DNA of 64,000 nt from Terriglobales bacterium (GCA_049674665.1 JBATZM010000032.1:16987-80986); one strand, 5' to 3'; shown: positions 24,794-34,351, numbered from the stretch's first letter. Translations and numbers: made by a program. The notes: a model not told the origin generated them from the letters alone.

Positions 24794-26863
24794 ATGACGA
24801 CGAACTCATTCCGACTGTGCCTCACTGCCCTTCTGCTGATGCTTCTCCTGTCCCTTGCCGTCGCTCAAACGCCGCCACAATCCGCCGCGCCCGCACTCCC
24901 CGCCGACATTCCTGCCAGCGCCGAGCGCTACTCCATGTTGTTGATGGGCACTCTGGCCGGCCAGCAAGCCGTCTGGACCGCCTCCGACGGCACGCTCCAC
25001 ATCTTCTTTCAGTTCAACGACCGCGGACGCGGCCCCAAAACTACCAGCGTCCTCAAGCTCGATGCGAACGGCATCCCTGTCTCCGAAGTAGTCACCGGCA
25101 ACGATTATCTGAAGTCACCCGTCGACGAAAATTATTCGCTCGAAGCAGGAACCGCGCACTGGAAGAACACCGCCGAACAAGGCGAAAAGAAAGTCTCAGG
25201 TCCCGCCTTCTACTCAGCGCTCAATGGCGGACCATCCGAGATTGCTCTCCTCGCCCACGCCGCTCTGCAACATGGCGGAAAAATTGCGTTGCTGCCCGAG
25301 GGCGAAGCTCGGGTCCAGCGCATGACCGAACTTGATCTGGAAGCTGCGGGAAAAAAGAAGCACGTTGCCCTCTACGCCGTCGCAGGACTCGATTTCTCTC
25401 CTACTTATTTTTGGGCCGTAGCTCCCGACAAGTTTTTCGCTTCCGTGGACGAATGGGGCTCGATTGTTCCCGAAGGTTGGGAAGCCTCGGTTCCGACCCT
25501 GCTCGTTGCCCAGAGAAAGGTCAAAGATTCCCGCGCCGCCGATCTCGCCGCCAAACTCGCCCATCATAAGCCCGGCGGAATCCTGTTCATGGGTGCCAAT
25601 ATATTCGACGCCGAGTCCGGAAAAATCATTCCCGATCAGGAAGTTTTCATCAAGAACAACCGCATTGTCAGCGTTGGGCTAGCTCCGATTTGGTCTGAGA
25701 GGATTCCAAGAGTCACCTCAGGACCCCCAATCGAGGTCATCGACGCCACCGGCAAAACCCTCCTCCCCGGTCTTTGGGACATGCACGCCCACGTAGGTGA
25801 TAACGACGGCCTGCTCAACCTCGCCGCCGGAGTCACCACCGTCCGCGATCTGGCCAATGACACCGACTCGCTGCTAGCCCGCCGCCAGCGCATCATCGAC
25901 GGAAAAGAAATCGGCACCCGCATCGTGCTCGCCGGAATCATCGACAGTCCCGACGCCTATCATGGCCCCACCAAAGTTCTCGTCTCCACCGAAGCCGAAG
26001 CCCGCGCCGCCGTCGACAACTACAAAAAACTCGGCTATGTGCAAATAAAAATCTACAGCTCGGTCAAGCCCGAGCTGGTCCCCATCATCATCGATGAAGC
26101 CCACAAAAACGGCCTCCGCGTCAGCGGACACATCCCCGCCAACATGATCGCTTCACAATGCGTCGAAGACGGCTACGATGAAATTCAGCACATCAACTTT
26201 CTAGTCCTCAACTTCTTTCCCGAGATCAAAGACACCAACACCATCACCCGTCTCACCAAGCCCGGAGAAATCACTGCCGGACTCGACCTCAACTCCGCCC
26301 AGGTCGAGTCCTTCATCAAGCTCTTGCAAGCTCATCACACCAAACTTGATCTCACCCTCACCGTTTTTGAAGACCAGTACATGGCACACCCCGGTCAGAT
26401 CTCTCCCGGCTTTTTGCCCGTCGCCAATCGTCTCCCCGCGCAAGTTCGCCGCGGTCTTCTCACCGCCGGGATGACTCCGCCTCCCGGCATGGAAGACACC
26501 TACAAGAAATCTTTCGCTAAGATGATCGAATTCACCGGAATGCTCTATCGCGCCGGCCTCTCCATCGAAGATGGTACTGACAACATGGCCGGCTTCGCTC
26601 TCCATCGCGAACTCGAACTCGACGTCAAGGCCGGCATTCCTGCCGCGCAGGTTTTGCAAGATGCCACGCTGAATGCCGCACGCATTATGAGCATGGATAA
26701 AGACCTAGGTTCCATCGCTCCCGGTAAACTGGCCGATCTGGTTCTCGTCGATGGAGATCCCACCACCAACATCAGCAACATCCGGAAGACCGTCGTAGTA
26801 GTGAAAGATGGAGTTCTCTACAAGCCCGCAGAACTCTACACCGAATTGGGAGTAGCGCCGTAA
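24794..26863 (+). CDS. secreted amidohydrolase family protein with an N-terminal domain of about 300 aa
   Basis: Start at ATG 24794 (MTTNSFRLCLTALLLMLLLSLAVAQ, signal peptide). HxH in LLPGLWDMHAHVGDNDG and C-terminal GSIAPGKLADLVLVDGDP. The 24044-24793 part of the track ORF is antisense to fabZ plus repeat DNA. Confidence 0.85.
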   Translation: MTTNSFRLCLTALLLMLLLSLAVAQTPPQSAAPALPADIPASAERYSMLLMGTLAGQQAVWTASDGTLHIFFQFNDRGRGPKTTSVLKLDANGIPVSEVVTGNDYLKSPVDENYSLEAGTAHWKNTAEQGEKKVSGPAFYSALNGGPSEIALLAHAALQHGGKIALLPEGEARVQRMTELDLEAAGKKKHVALYAVAGLDFSPTYFWAVAPDKFFASVDEWGSIVPEGWEASVPTLLVAQRKVKDSRAADLAAKLAHHKPGGILFMGANIFDAESGKIIPDQEVFIKNNRIVSVGLAPIWSERIPRVTSGPPIEVIDATGKTLLPGLWDMHAHVGDNDGLLNLAAGVTTVRDLANDTDSLLARRQRIIDGKEIGTRIVLAGIIDSPDAYHGPTKVLVSTEAEARAAVDNYKKLGYVQIKIYSSVKPELVPIIIDEAHKNGLRVSGHIPANMIASQCVEDGYDEIQHINFLVLNFFPEIKDTNTITRLTKPGEITAGLDLNSAQVESFIKLLQAHHTKLDLTLTVFEDQYMAHPGQISPGFLPVANRLPAQVRRGLLTAGMTPPPGMEDTYKKSFAKMIEFTGMLYRAGLSIEDGTDNMAGFALHRELELDVKAGIPAAQVLQDATLNAARIMSMDKDLGSIAPGKLADLVLVDGDPTTNISNIRKTVVVVKDGVLYKPAELYTELGVAP

Positions 26864-26873
26864 GCGAATCGCT

Positions 26874-26922
26874 CGTGGAGGGACGGGCGTCCTCGCCCGT
26901 CCAAGCCGAGCGCAGCTCGGGC
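26874..26922 (+). repeat. family A repeat, long form
   Basis: CGTGGAGGGACGGGCGTCCTCGCCCGTCCAAGCCGAGCGCAGCTCGGGC: two hairpins (GACGGGCG/CGCCCGTC and CCGAGC/GCTCGG). Confidence 0.85.
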
Positions 26923-27033
26923 CGATCCTCTCCGTAACCGTCTTCGTCGTGAAGCCCGCTAATCTCGCCCAACTTCACCGCCGATCATCACCCCAGAGCC
27001 TCTGTAAGCACCAGAGATTCCAAGAGCCGATTT

Positions 27034-27426
27034 ATGCCTTCGATGAATTCACCTAATGATTATTCCTCCACGCCAGTTGCAGCCCCACCAGATCGACGCC
27101 ACCATCCCCGCTACACCGTCCAGGTCCCAATCGAGATCCACCCGGAAGGCACCGACGTTCCCATGCGCTTCGAAACCACCGACATTAGCCGCAGTGGTTG
27201 CTATGTCCAGATGATGATGCCCTTTAAAATAGGTTGTTCAGTTCGGATTACACTCTGGCTTGACGGCCATGCCGTCGTCATTCGAGGAAGGGTCGTTACC
27301 CACCACCCACAATTCGGCAACGGCGTCATGTTCGTGGATTTTGAAGGTGAGAGAGAACAACTGCTGAAGCAATACCTGGAAGCCGTCGTAACCGAAGATT
27401 CTAAAACCGCAGCTTTCGGGAATTAA
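27034..27426 (+). CDS. PilZ domain protein (putative c-di-GMP receptor)
   Basis: RxxxR in DRRHHPRYTV and D/NxSxxG in TTDISRSGCYV, 130 aa. Confidence 0.75.
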   Translation: MPSMNSPNDYSSTPVAAPPDRRHHPRYTVQVPIEIHPEGTDVPMRFETTDISRSGCYVQMMMPFKIGCSVRITLWLDGHAVVIRGRVVTHHPQFGNGVMFVDFEGEREQLLKQYLEAVVTEDSKTAAFGN

Positions 27427-27430
27427 GATT

Positions 27431-28003
27431 TCACGAATCCGCTGTGTCCTTGCCCATCCGCACGATCGGCAGCGTCAACCCATCGCCTAGTGGAACCTCC
27501 GCAGTCTCCAACTCCACATATCCCTTCGCTCGATAAAAAGGAACACCCGTCAACGTCGCTCCCATCTCCAGCCGCCGGAAACCCGCTGCCCGAGCCGCCG
27601 CTTCACAAGCTTCCAGAATCATCCCGCCAACTCCACGCCGCGCCCATGCCGGATGCACGAAGAATGCCCGGATCTTAGCCGCCTCCGTCGCCGGATCCAG
27701 CAACGAATCCTCCCGCCCCTCAAACTGATCTCCGCCATACAAAGTCTTACGCTTGCTCCACCCACCACAACCGACAAGTAAAGGCACTCCCGGGGATTCC
27801 GCCCCCGCAGCATCCATCTCCTCCGCAGCAAAGTAAGTTCTATCCGAAATTAGCTGCGTGTCCACGCCATACACTGTCCGCAGCGCGCTCTCCAATTGCA
27901 CCGCGGAATAATCCCCCGCCTGCAATCCCCGCACCGAAGTGTCGATCAATTTCCGGAGAGCCGGAATATCGCAAGTCTCGGCCAATCGAATGCGTATCGT
28001 CAT
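27431..28003 (-). CDS. GNAT family N-acetyltransferase
   Basis: FFVHPAWARRGVGGMILEACE (acetyl-CoA binding Q/RxxGxG/A). Start set to ATG 28003 (MTIRIRLAE); the upstream part of the ORF is repeat DNA. Confidence 0.8.
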   Translation of the reverse strand: MTIRIRLAETCDIPALRKLIDTSVRGLQAGDYSAVQLESALRTVYGVDTQLISDRTYFAAEEMDAAGAESPGVPLLVGCGGWSKRKTLYGGDQFEGREDSLLDPATEAAKIRAFFVHPAWARRGVGGMILEACEAAARAAGFRRLEMGATLTGVPFYRAKGYVELETAEVPLGDGLTLPIVRMGKDTADS

Positions 28004-28034
28004 CACCAATAATTTGTCGCAATAAACAAGAATT

Positions 28035-28065
28035 GTCATCCTGAGCAAAGCGAAGGACCTCATGC
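28035..28065 (+). repeat. family B repeat, short form
   Basis: GTCATCCTGAGCAAAGCGAAGGACCTCATGC. Confidence 0.9.
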
Positions 28066-28096
28066 ACCCCAAAGTCGTCGGTGCCGTGCCGTCCCG

Positions 28097-28477
28097 TTAC
28101 CGCGCCGCAGCGCACTCCGTACAAGGACAAACTTCACGTAAGTAAAACCACGAATAAATGCCGAGTTCGTGCTTATCGCTCCACAAAAACTTAAGCGCGT
28201 ACTTGCCCACAGCCTCCGCCGCCAGCGCTTTCACCACCGGCTTGAACATTGGCAAAGCTCCCGGAGCCAACTTAGCCACCTCGCCCGCTTTGCGTCCCGA
28301 TTTCGTTCGCTCATCCTCGCAAAGCGCGCAAGGACAAGCCTCCCGCAAAAACGCGAACGTATAGACAGAACGATGCCCATCCTTCCACTCAATCTCCATG
28401 CCCGCCCCAGTCGTCAAATGGATCACCACCGACTTAGGATCGTTTCCCACCCGAGGCGTAAAATCCGGCAGCGCCAT
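28097..28477 (-). CDS. DUF971 family protein
   Basis: IEWKDGHRSVYTFAFLREACPCALC and LKFLWSDKHELGIYSWFYLREVCPC, the duplicated DUF971 pattern. Start at ATG 28477 (MALPDF). Confidence 0.75.
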   Translation of the reverse strand: MALPDFTPRVGNDPKSVVIHLTTGAGMEIEWKDGHRSVYTFAFLREACPCALCEDERTKSGRKAGEVAKLAPGALPMFKPVVKALAAEAVGKYALKFLWSDKHELGIYSWFYLREVCPCTECAAAR

Positions 28478-28640
28478 AAATTTCAGTATCTCACGCAGAA
28501 AGCATGCAGAAAGAACGTGTTGCGGCAGATGCACCGACGCGCCGCAAGCACACCCAAACACACGAAAGACCAATGCGCCAGTAACTCCGGTGAATACCCG
28601 GGAAGCGCTTATCCTGCGCTATAATAACTATGGCAATTCA

Positions 28641-28946
28641 ATGATTTCTGGCCGCATTGGATGCGAACTGGCTGTGCTGGCAGTGGTTTGCATCCTGATG
28701 ATTTTTCTCTTCCCAGCCATGCAGGGTCCGTACTGTGTAGTCCACGGACCAGCTACTGCCCTTCTGGCCGCGCAAGCAGCATTTCGCCTGCGGATGGGCA
28801 TAGTGCAGGCCGCCCTGAGTTCGCTGGGCAATGGCCTGATTTCATCGCTCTTATTTCTACCCTGCGTTCTATCCTGGTTGTCATTCTCGAATGCCGGGCT
28901 GCACTCGCTTCGGCTGTCTGAATCCAGCACCATCCTGCGCTGCTGA
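28641..28946 (+). CDS. possible small membrane protein
   Basis: From ATG 28641: MISGRIGCELAVLAVVCILMIFLFPAMQGPY...; two or three hydrophobic segments. No homology recognised. Confidence 0.3.
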   Translation: MISGRIGCELAVLAVVCILMIFLFPAMQGPYCVVHGPATALLAAQAAFRLRMGIVQAALSSLGNGLISSLLFLPCVLSWLSFSNAGLHSLRLSESSTILRC

Positions 28947-29081
28947 TTCTCTCTACATTTTCACTCTAGAAATCAATCTCTATCGCAGTCGCCACATGGT
29001 TTCGCGACTTAGCCGGAGGTTGTATCCCATTCATTGCTCCATCAAACTCAACGTTTCTTCCAAGTGAGGAGAACTAATAAA

Positions 29082-29825
29082 ATGACGCACAGAATTACAC
29101 ATAAAAGAGTAAAAACATTAGCATCATTCGCAGCGCTCGCGGCCGTGTTGGCCCTGGCAGGATGCGCCAAGAAGGCGGCCAAAGTGACGCCGCCACCTCC
29201 GCCAGCGCCAACCCCAGCGCCAACCGCCACTCTGGCAGCCAATCCCAGCGTGGTTCAGCAGGGACAATCCAGCACGCTGACGTGGCAAACCAGCAATGCC
29301 AATGAAATCACCATCGCCGGTTTAGGCACGTTGCCGCCGTCCGGCTCCAGAACAGTCATGCCAAGTTCATCGACTACCTACGACCTTGTAGCCAAAGGCC
29401 CCGGAGGAACTAACGAAGCTTCCGCCCGCATCACCGTGAACACTCCAATCGCCGCTGCCACACCTTCACCCACGGATGAGGAACTATTCGCCAAGAATGT
29501 CAAAGACGTTTTCTTCGACTATAACGAGTCCGCCATCCGCACGAACGAAGTTCCAACTGTGCAAAATGACGAAGCCTTCCTCTCCCAACATCCCAGCATC
29601 AAGGTTCTAGTCGAAGGCCACTGCGACGATCGCGGATCCGAGGAATACAACATAGCCCTCGGAACCAGTCGAGCAGAAACCGTAAAACAGACGTTAGAGC
29701 AAGAAGGAGTTACAGCTAATCGCATCCGAACCGTCAGCTACGGCAAAGAAAAACCGTTCTGCACCGAAGACAACGAACAATGCTGGCAGCAGAATCGTGT
29801 AGACCATTTTGCACTCGACCGCTAA
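29082..29825 (+). CDS. pal: peptidoglycan-associated lipoprotein (OmpA-family C-terminal domain)
   Basis: Lipobox LALAGC, then VFFDYNESAIRTNE, VLVEGHCDDRGSEEYNIALGTSRAE and VSYGKEKP. GGAG-type SD upstream of ATG 29082. Confidence 0.9.
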   Translation: MTHRITHKRVKTLASFAALAAVLALAGCAKKAAKVTPPPPPAPTPAPTATLAANPSVVQQGQSSTLTWQTSNANEITIAGLGTLPPSGSRTVMPSSSTTYDLVAKGPGGTNEASARITVNTPIAAATPSPTDEELFAKNVKDVFFDYNESAIRTNEVPTVQNDEAFLSQHPSIKVLVEGHCDDRGSEEYNIALGTSRAETVKQTLEQEGVTANRIRTVSYGKEKPFCTEDNEQCWQQNRVDHFALDR

Positions 29826-29897
29826 TTGATGGTTTGATAAGACACAACGTAGAGTATGTTCGCCGAAGGCGGCTCGCATCCCGGGCCGCCTTTGCTC

Positions 29898-29923
29898 GTG
29901 TGGCGCGGGCGCCCTCGCCCGCG
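29898..29923 (+). repeat. family A repeat
   Basis: GTGTGGCGCGGGCGCCCTCGCCCGCG. Confidence 0.9.
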
Positions 29924-29954
29924 TGCGTGCGCCACTAATCGTTGCAAGCACACC

Positions 29955-31541
29955 TCAGAAGATGTTTCGAAATCCCCAGAACAGGAATCCCGCCAGCACC
30001 ATCGAGGCCGGAAGCGTCAGTACCCAAGCCAGTGCCAGATTCCTTACCGTGGACCACTGCAACCCAGAATGATTCGCCGCCATGGTCCCGGCAATCCCCG
30101 ACGACAGCACGTGCGTAGTACTCACCGGCATTCCAAACCAGTCCGCCGCGCCGATTGTAATCATCGCCGTGATCTCCGCCGCCGCTCCCTGCCCGTAGGT
30201 AAGGTGATCCTTCCCAATCTTCTCTCCGACCGTCACAACGATGCGTTTCCATCCGATCATGGTTCCGAGGCCCAGCGCCATCGCTACCGCGACCTTCACC
30301 CAAGTCGGAATGAATCGTGTGGATGCGTCCACGTGCTTTTTATAATTGTCCAAAATCCCCCAGTCGGTCGCGCTGATCTCCGGCTTGCCGGTCTTCTTCA
30401 TCAAGCGCAGAGCCTCGCTGGCGATATACATGTCATTGCGGAAATTTCGTACCTTGTCATTAGGAACCTTCGCCAGCTCCCCGTACAGCGTCGTCTCGTT
30501 GCCAATGCCGCTCACCAATTGACGCAACGCCAGCATCGTATTGGGAGTGAACTGCTTGGTGCGAATGTAGTCCGTAACTTCGTCGCGCTCGTCGCCAATC
30601 ACCGCATTCGGGCTCACATAGTTGGACAACGTATTCGCAGCCTGCTGCGACACCGCGATAAAGTCATCGGAGTCTTTGCGCGTGATCGCGTGGTTCAAGG
30701 CATAAGCTGTAGGCACCGTTCCGATCAGGATCAACATAATCAGCCCCATGCCTTTTTGCCCGTCGTTCGACCCGTGCGCAAAACTCACCCCAGTGCAAGT
30801 TAGTACCAGCAGCGCCCGAATCCAGAATGGCGGCGGCTCCGTTCCCACCGGAGCCTCATACAGCGCCCGATTCTTGACCACCGCCTTCATCAGCCACAAC
30901 AGCAGAAACGCGCAGACAAATCCGACCAGTGGCGACAGCAGCAGCGACTTCCCAATGTTTGTGGCCTGTCCCCAATCCACGCCGCTCGTGCCCGTCTTCG
31001 GAGACATCAACTGATTTGCGATCCCCACGCCAATAATCGAACCAATCAAAGTGTGCGAACTGGAAGCTGGCAATCCGAAATACCACGTTCCCAGGTTCCA
31101 GATAATGGCCGCGACCAGCAAAGCAAAAACCATAGCAAATCCGGCTTTGCCTCCAACCTGCAAAATCAGTTCCACCGGCAACAGCGAAATGATTCCAAAC
31201 GCCACCAGCCCGCTCGAAGCCAACACTCCCAGGAAATTAAAGAAGCCCGACCAAACCACCGCAATATGCGGCTCCATCGTATGCGTGTAGATCACGGTAG
31301 CCACCGCGTTCGCCGTGTCGTGGAATCCATTCACAAATTCGAACCCCAGCGCCACCAACAGAGCGATGCCCAGCAAAATGTAAGGCATGATCGTTGGGCT
31401 ATGTACGGAGGAGAGGTCCGTCAGGAGATGGAACGCTGAGTAAATGACGCCAATCAGCAGAACAATTCCAAACCCCAACATCCCGATTTTTCCCGGATTC
31501 CGATTAAGCTTTGCTTCGAGCACAGGCGTAGCGGTAGCCAT
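29955..31541 (-). CDS. inorganic phosphate transporter, PiT family
   Basis: FVNGFHDTANAVATVIYT and SFAHGSNDGQKGMG (the duplicated PiT signature), polytopic. Start set to ATG 31541 (MATATPV). Confidence 0.92.
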   Translation of the reverse strand: MATATPVLEAKLNRNPGKIGMLGFGIVLLIGVIYSAFHLLTDLSSVHSPTIMPYILLGIALLVALGFEFVNGFHDTANAVATVIYTHTMEPHIAVVWSGFFNFLGVLASSGLVAFGIISLLPVELILQVGGKAGFAMVFALLVAAIIWNLGTWYFGLPASSSHTLIGSIIGVGIANQLMSPKTGTSGVDWGQATNIGKSLLLSPLVGFVCAFLLLWLMKAVVKNRALYEAPVGTEPPPFWIRALLVLTCTGVSFAHGSNDGQKGMGLIMLILIGTVPTAYALNHAITRKDSDDFIAVSQQAANTLSNYVSPNAVIGDERDEVTDYIRTKQFTPNTMLALRQLVSGIGNETTLYGELAKVPNDKVRNFRNDMYIASEALRLMKKTGKPEISATDWGILDNYKKHVDASTRFIPTWVKVAVAMALGLGTMIGWKRIVVTVGEKIGKDHLTYGQGAAAEITAMITIGAADWFGMPVSTTHVLSSGIAGTMAANHSGLQWSTVRNLALAWVLTLPASMVLAGFLFWGFRNIF

Positions 31542-31610
31542 ATCAAAACGTCTCCTAATAAAGGCGGAACTATACGGAAGGATTGTTAAGAGAGTGTGAA
31601 AACCAAGCCC

Positions 31611-31636
31611 GTGTGGCGCGGACACTCCTGTCCGCG
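31611..31636 (+). repeat. family A repeat (variant stem)
   Basis: GTGTGGCGCGGACACTCCTGTCCGCG. Confidence 0.9.
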
Positions 31637-31724
31637 TGCCGGCAGCAAAACCGCTCGTCGAAGGAAGGGCGTGTATTTGTAACTCAGCGGAAGCTCAGCC
31701 TCTGCTTTTGCTAACCAAGTCGAT

Positions 31725-32981
31725 CTAACTTTGGCTGGCCGTCCGCACATGCTCAGGCCGAAATCCCAACCCAATCGCACGCGCTGGAATCCGCCGCAAC
31801 ATCGGAAACTGCTGCAACAGCCGAAGCGGCAGCGGGAGCCGCTGAATCTGCGTTTTGTTGCTCAGCGCGGGAGCTAACATATTCTTGTGCGCAAACACCT
31901 GAAGCCGCTGCGTCATCCGCGTAGGAAATTCGCGCCGCTCCTGCACTTCCCTCAACTGGCCGTCGCTGACCAGCCCCCGCAACAATGCCGGCCCCAGAAT
32001 ATTCGAAGCAGCCACCGCGTCCTGAATGGCCAGATTAATCCCAACCCCGCCCACCGGAGACATAGCATGAGCCGCGTCTCCCAGACACAAAAGTCCGCTC
32101 CGCCACCACTGCCGCAGCCGATTGACTGAAACCGTCAACAACTTGATATCTTCCCAATCCTTCAGCTCATCCATACGCTCCCGCAAAAAAGGAGCGATCT
32201 CGGCGATGTCTTCGCGAAACGCCGCCAGACCTCTTTGCCGGATCAATTCAATGCCGCCCTTGGGAATCACATACGCGCACTGCCAATAGTCGCCTCGGTT
32301 AATCGTCACCAGAATTTTCCCCGGGCGAAAACGCCCCAGGGTCTCGTTTGGATCGCCCGCAAACCGCGGCAGTCGCATCCACAGAACATCAATGGGAGCG
32401 CCCAGATCGATGACCTCCAGTTCAGCCTTCGCGCGCACAATGGAATGCCGCCCATCCGTCCCCAGAGTCAGATCCGCGCGTACCTCCAGATCGCCGCGAG
32501 AAAGATTGCCCTGAGAAGTCTTGACGCGCACTCCCGCTATGCGCCCGTTTTCTTCGATCAGGTCCGTAACCTCCGACCCCATACGCAAATGGAATTGCGG
32601 ATAAGCTTTAGCTTTCTCGGCGATAAAATTCAGGAATTCCCACTGCGGCATAACTGCAATGAACTTGCAATGCGTGGGCAAGTGAGAAAGGTCGGCGATC
32701 GTCACGGACACGTCGCCGATTTGACCGCCAATTTCCACCAGTTTCTGATGCGGCCGTCGCAAAAACTCATCCAGAATTCCCAACTCATACATCAGTTCCA
32801 GAGTCGAAGGATGAATCGTGTCTCCCCGAAAATCACGCAAGAAATCCGAGTGCTTCTCGAGCACAACCACATCCACGCCAGACCGTGCCAGCAGGAAACC
32901 GGCAATCAGCCCAGCCGGTCCTCCACCCGCCACGCAACAACGAGTTTTCACCTTCTCAATTGGGGAGTTTGTTAGTTCCAT
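31725..32981 (-). CDS. FAD-dependent monooxygenase (UbiH/aromatic hydroxylase-like)
   Basis: CCVAGGGPAGLIAGFLLARSGVDVVVLEKH (GxGxxG dinucleotide fold) and CLGDAAHAMSPVGGVGINLAIQDA. Confidence 0.85.
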   Translation of the reverse strand: MELTNSPIEKVKTRCCVAGGGPAGLIAGFLLARSGVDVVVLEKHSDFLRDFRGDTIHPSTLELMYELGILDEFLRRPHQKLVEIGGQIGDVSVTIADLSHLPTHCKFIAVMPQWEFLNFIAEKAKAYPQFHLRMGSEVTDLIEENGRIAGVRVKTSQGNLSRGDLEVRADLTLGTDGRHSIVRAKAELEVIDLGAPIDVLWMRLPRFAGDPNETLGRFRPGKILVTINRGDYWQCAYVIPKGGIELIRQRGLAAFREDIAEIAPFLRERMDELKDWEDIKLLTVSVNRLRQWWRSGLLCLGDAAHAMSPVGGVGINLAIQDAVAASNILGPALLRGLVSDGQLREVQERREFPTRMTQRLQVFAHKNMLAPALSNKTQIQRLPLPLRLLQQFPMLRRIPARAIGLGFRPEHVRTASQS

Positions 32982-33167
32982 CAGGAGTCCAATTTAGCTT
33001 TTTTCTACCGATCTCCACCGTCCCTAGCAGAAACGAAAATGCCAGCATCAGAAAAATCGTAAAACGTATCTGGAACATGAGAGTCTCTCCTTGAACTATG
33101 TGAAGTCGATATCATGTAAAGTCGATCGAGCCGAAAAGCGTCAGTATCTTATAACAAGTGCTACGAC

Positions 33168-34004
33168 ATGAACATCGCCCGCATCGCCGCCCTGCTTGAG
33201 CCTTTTCTGGAGCGATCACTCGATCCCTTTCAGCTCGATCAAATATCGACATACATCGATCTATTAAAACGCTGGAACGCCCGCATCAACCTGACCGCCA
33301 TCCGCAAAGAAGAAGAAATAGTAACCCGCCACTTCGGCGAGTCTTTCTTCATGGCCCGCCACCTATTCCCTAAAGGTCTCGAAGATGCTTCAAGTATGAA
33401 AGATGGTTTAAGTGTGGCACGGGCGCCCTCGCCCGCAAAAGCCGGCAGCGCCCAATTGCCAGCCATTCCCCAATCCCCAATCCCTTGTCATCCTGAGCAA
33501 AGCGAAGGACCTCATGCTCCCAAAACGCGTCATCCTGAGCGAAGCCGAAAGAACCACAGCTCGGGCTCTCAACCGCACGTGCTTGACATAGGCTCAGGCG
33601 CCGGATTCCCCGCCCTCCCTCTAAAAATTTGGGCGCCGCAAATCCACCTGACGCTGATCGAATCGAATCACAAGAAAGCCACTTTCCTCCGCGAAGTGTC
33701 CCGAACACTTATATTGACGGACATCAATGTAATTACCGACCGAGCCGAGGTCGCGGCCAAAAGCCCCGACATACCCGGAGCCGAAGTAGTAACCCTGCGA
33801 GCCGTTGAGCACTTCGAAACCATCCTCCCCCAAGCCGTAGCCTTCCTGGTTCCCAACGCCACCTTAGCCCTACTCATAGGAGCCACCCAGCTCCCCCACC
33901 TAAACGCCCTAACCACACTGAACTGGAACCCTCCAATTCCGATCCCTCAGTCACAATCAAGAGTCTTGGCAATAGGCCGTAACAACGAAGTGGATATTAA
34001 TTGA
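33168..34004 (+). CDS. rsmG: 16S rRNA (guanine527-N7)-methyltransferase RsmG/GidB carrying an in-frame repeat-derived insertion of about 68 aa
   Basis: LLKRWNARINLTAIRKEEEIVTRHFGES ... VLDIGSGAGFPALPLKIW...LTLIESNHKKATFL. It is 278 aa versus about 205 aa for typical RsmG. The extra segment maps onto repeat units (33412-33555). Confidence 0.9.
   Translation: MNIARIAALLEPFLERSLDPFQLDQISTYIDLLKRWNARINLTAIRKEEEIVTRHFGESFFMARHLFPKGLEDASSMKDGLSVARAPSPAKAGSAQLPAIPQSPIPCHPEQSEGPHAPKTRHPERSRKNHSSGSQPHVLDIGSGAGFPALPLKIWAPQIHLTLIESNHKKATFLREVSRTLILTDINVITDRAEVAAKSPDIPGAEVVTLRAVEHFETILPQAVAFLVPNATLALLIGATQLPHLNALTTLNWNPPIPIPQSQSRVLAIGRNNEVDIN
33412..33436 (+). repeat. family A repeat inside rsmG
   Basis: GTGTGGCACGGGCGCCCTCGCCCGC. 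Confidence 0.9.
33487..33517 (+). repeat. family B repeat, short form, inside rsmG
   Basis: GTCATCCTGAGCAAAGCGAAGGACCTCATGC, identical to the copy at 28035-28065. Confidence 0.92.
33529..33555 (+). repeat. family B repeat, short divergent form, inside rsmG
   Basis: GTCATCCTGAGCGAAGCCGAAAGAACC. Confidence 0.8.
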
Positions 34005-34110
34005 TATAATTAGCAGTAAAGTGGAATTTTAAACCTTAATATTGTTTAATATAAATAGTATAGTGGTATATTTTTCGCATATTCTCATTATGAGAACATT
34101 AGCTTAAGAG

Positions 34111-34126
34111 TGTTCCACGTGAAACA
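34111..34126. promoter_or_regulatory. parS site (1 mismatch)
   Basis: TGTTCCACGTGAAACA versus the parS consensus TGTTNCACGTGAAACA. Confidence 0.85.
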
Positions 34127-34191
34127 CTTCTCAATTTTTTCTGTTTCGCGTCCTTCGAACCTCTTCCTTGCAAGATGCAAAGTCACGGATG

Positions 34192-34207
34192 TGTTTCACG
34201 TGAAACA
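34192..34207. promoter_or_regulatory. parS site (perfect palindrome)
   Basis: TGTTTCACGTGAAACA. Confidence 0.92.
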
Positions 34208-34250
34208 TAACCGCATCGAAAGCTACGTCTATATGCAGAACTGCGCTGAG

Positions 34251-34266
34251 TGTTTCACGTGAAAAA
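34251..34266. promoter_or_regulatory. parS site (1 mismatch)
   Basis: TGTTTCACGTGAAAAA, 85 nt upstream of the parA ATG. Confidence 0.8.
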
Positions 34267-34351
34267 CTTTCCACATATGCACAGAAATCCGTCATTGATT
34301 TCGCAAACGCGTTCGCATATTCTGGCGCGCAATACTCTTAAAGAAGAAAAT

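Noticed and set aside
29856-30803. 315-aa ORF on the + strand
   Set aside because: It is antisense to the PiT transporter gene and begins inside a family A repeat.
34250-34351. Track start (34250) for parA
   Set aside because: That start lies inside the third parS site and adds 34 non-conserved residues. ParA homology begins at [17 protein letters not shown] (ATG 34352).
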